43,462 nt of DNA from a virus (lineage: Duplodnaviria; Caudoviricetes): positions 1 through 43,462 of the IMG/VR virus record IMGVR_UViG_3300037484_001098; one strand, 5' to 3'. A program made the position numbers and the translations under genes. Positions within the stretch are counted from its first letter, which is position 1. Every line of letters starts with the position of its first letter. The notes under the pieces are model-generated. The model made no database searches. It saw only the letters and a program-made list of their open reading frames with translations, and had not been told where the DNA came from. Shown here one piece after another: positions 43,086 through 43,462 of the stretch.

Positions 43086-43285
43086 CTTCCCCTCCTGACT
43101 CCCTGGTATTGTCTCCCCGGCCTCTTGCCGGTCAGCTTGTCCTCGAAGCTCTTACATGCTGGATGCTCCGTCGGCAACTTCACTTCCCGGTCGAACCTCT
43201 CCTTCGAGAGCTTGCACCGCCCGATGTTCTCCACCTTCCGGTCGGGGAGTACGTAGTAGGAGCACTGGCGGCAGACGCGGGTCAT
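43082..43285 (-). CDS. Small Cys-rich protein
   Basis: CRQC.YY...GRC...C..FE. Confidence 0.5.
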   Translation of the reverse strand: MTRVCRQCSYYVLPDRKVENIGRCKLSKERFDREVKLPTEHPACKSFEDKLTGKRPGRQYQGVRRGR

Positions 43286-43462
43286 TTTTGGCCCCTGATG
43301 GCTGAGCCCACACATTGAGCAACCGCTTGAGCTGTGTTAGCGTCTGTGCCGCGCTTCAGGCATTCGAGCGCCTCGTTGTACCCCGCCTTCGCATCCTTTT
43401 CTTTCTGTTCCCCTCTGGCCTCCCGAAGAAGGCGGGAAAGGTCTTGCCGGAACTCCTTGGCC

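Noticed and set aside
43320-43345. GTTAGCG half-site as an operator or integron attC-like end
   Set aside because: Only one half-site, with no partner inverted repeat visible

Overview
This GC-rich window is almost one complete temperate phage genome. It has a lambdoid control region: a leftward early operon with ExoX, a PD-(D/E)XK nuclease and a putative SSAP, then a CI/Cro switch with palindromic operators, a CII-like gene and an initiator with internal iterons. This drives a BPP-1/T7-like podovirus morphogenesis module (TerS, a TerL split into two ORFs, portal, scaffold, capsid, tail tubes A/B, internal virion proteins, tail fibre/spikes) and a GH108 lysis cassette. At 39107-39151 lies the 3' half of a tRNA-Thr(CGT), flanked by paired arm-type repeats (attP-like junction). 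It is followed by an HNH gene, a tyrosine integrase, an excisionase and a HerA-like ATPase. The 5' part of that ATPase gene also occurs at 1-656 as a different allele (15 mismatches counted by eye, 14 silent) with different upstream genes. The window therefore looks like the junction of two related prophages in tandem at one tRNA, or an assembly chimera of two relatives. The most striking feature is that five proteins in the late virion operon, including the beta-helix tailspike and a LamG/polysaccharide-deacetylase protein, start with classical cleavable Sec signal peptides. This suggests a phage that exports part of its virion or adsorption apparatus to the periplasm. Other notable points are a repeated bulged-hairpin RNA motif before the scaffold and capsid genes, and orphaned old C-termini left behind by module swaps. 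All protein family calls come from motif recognition by eye, with no database searches.
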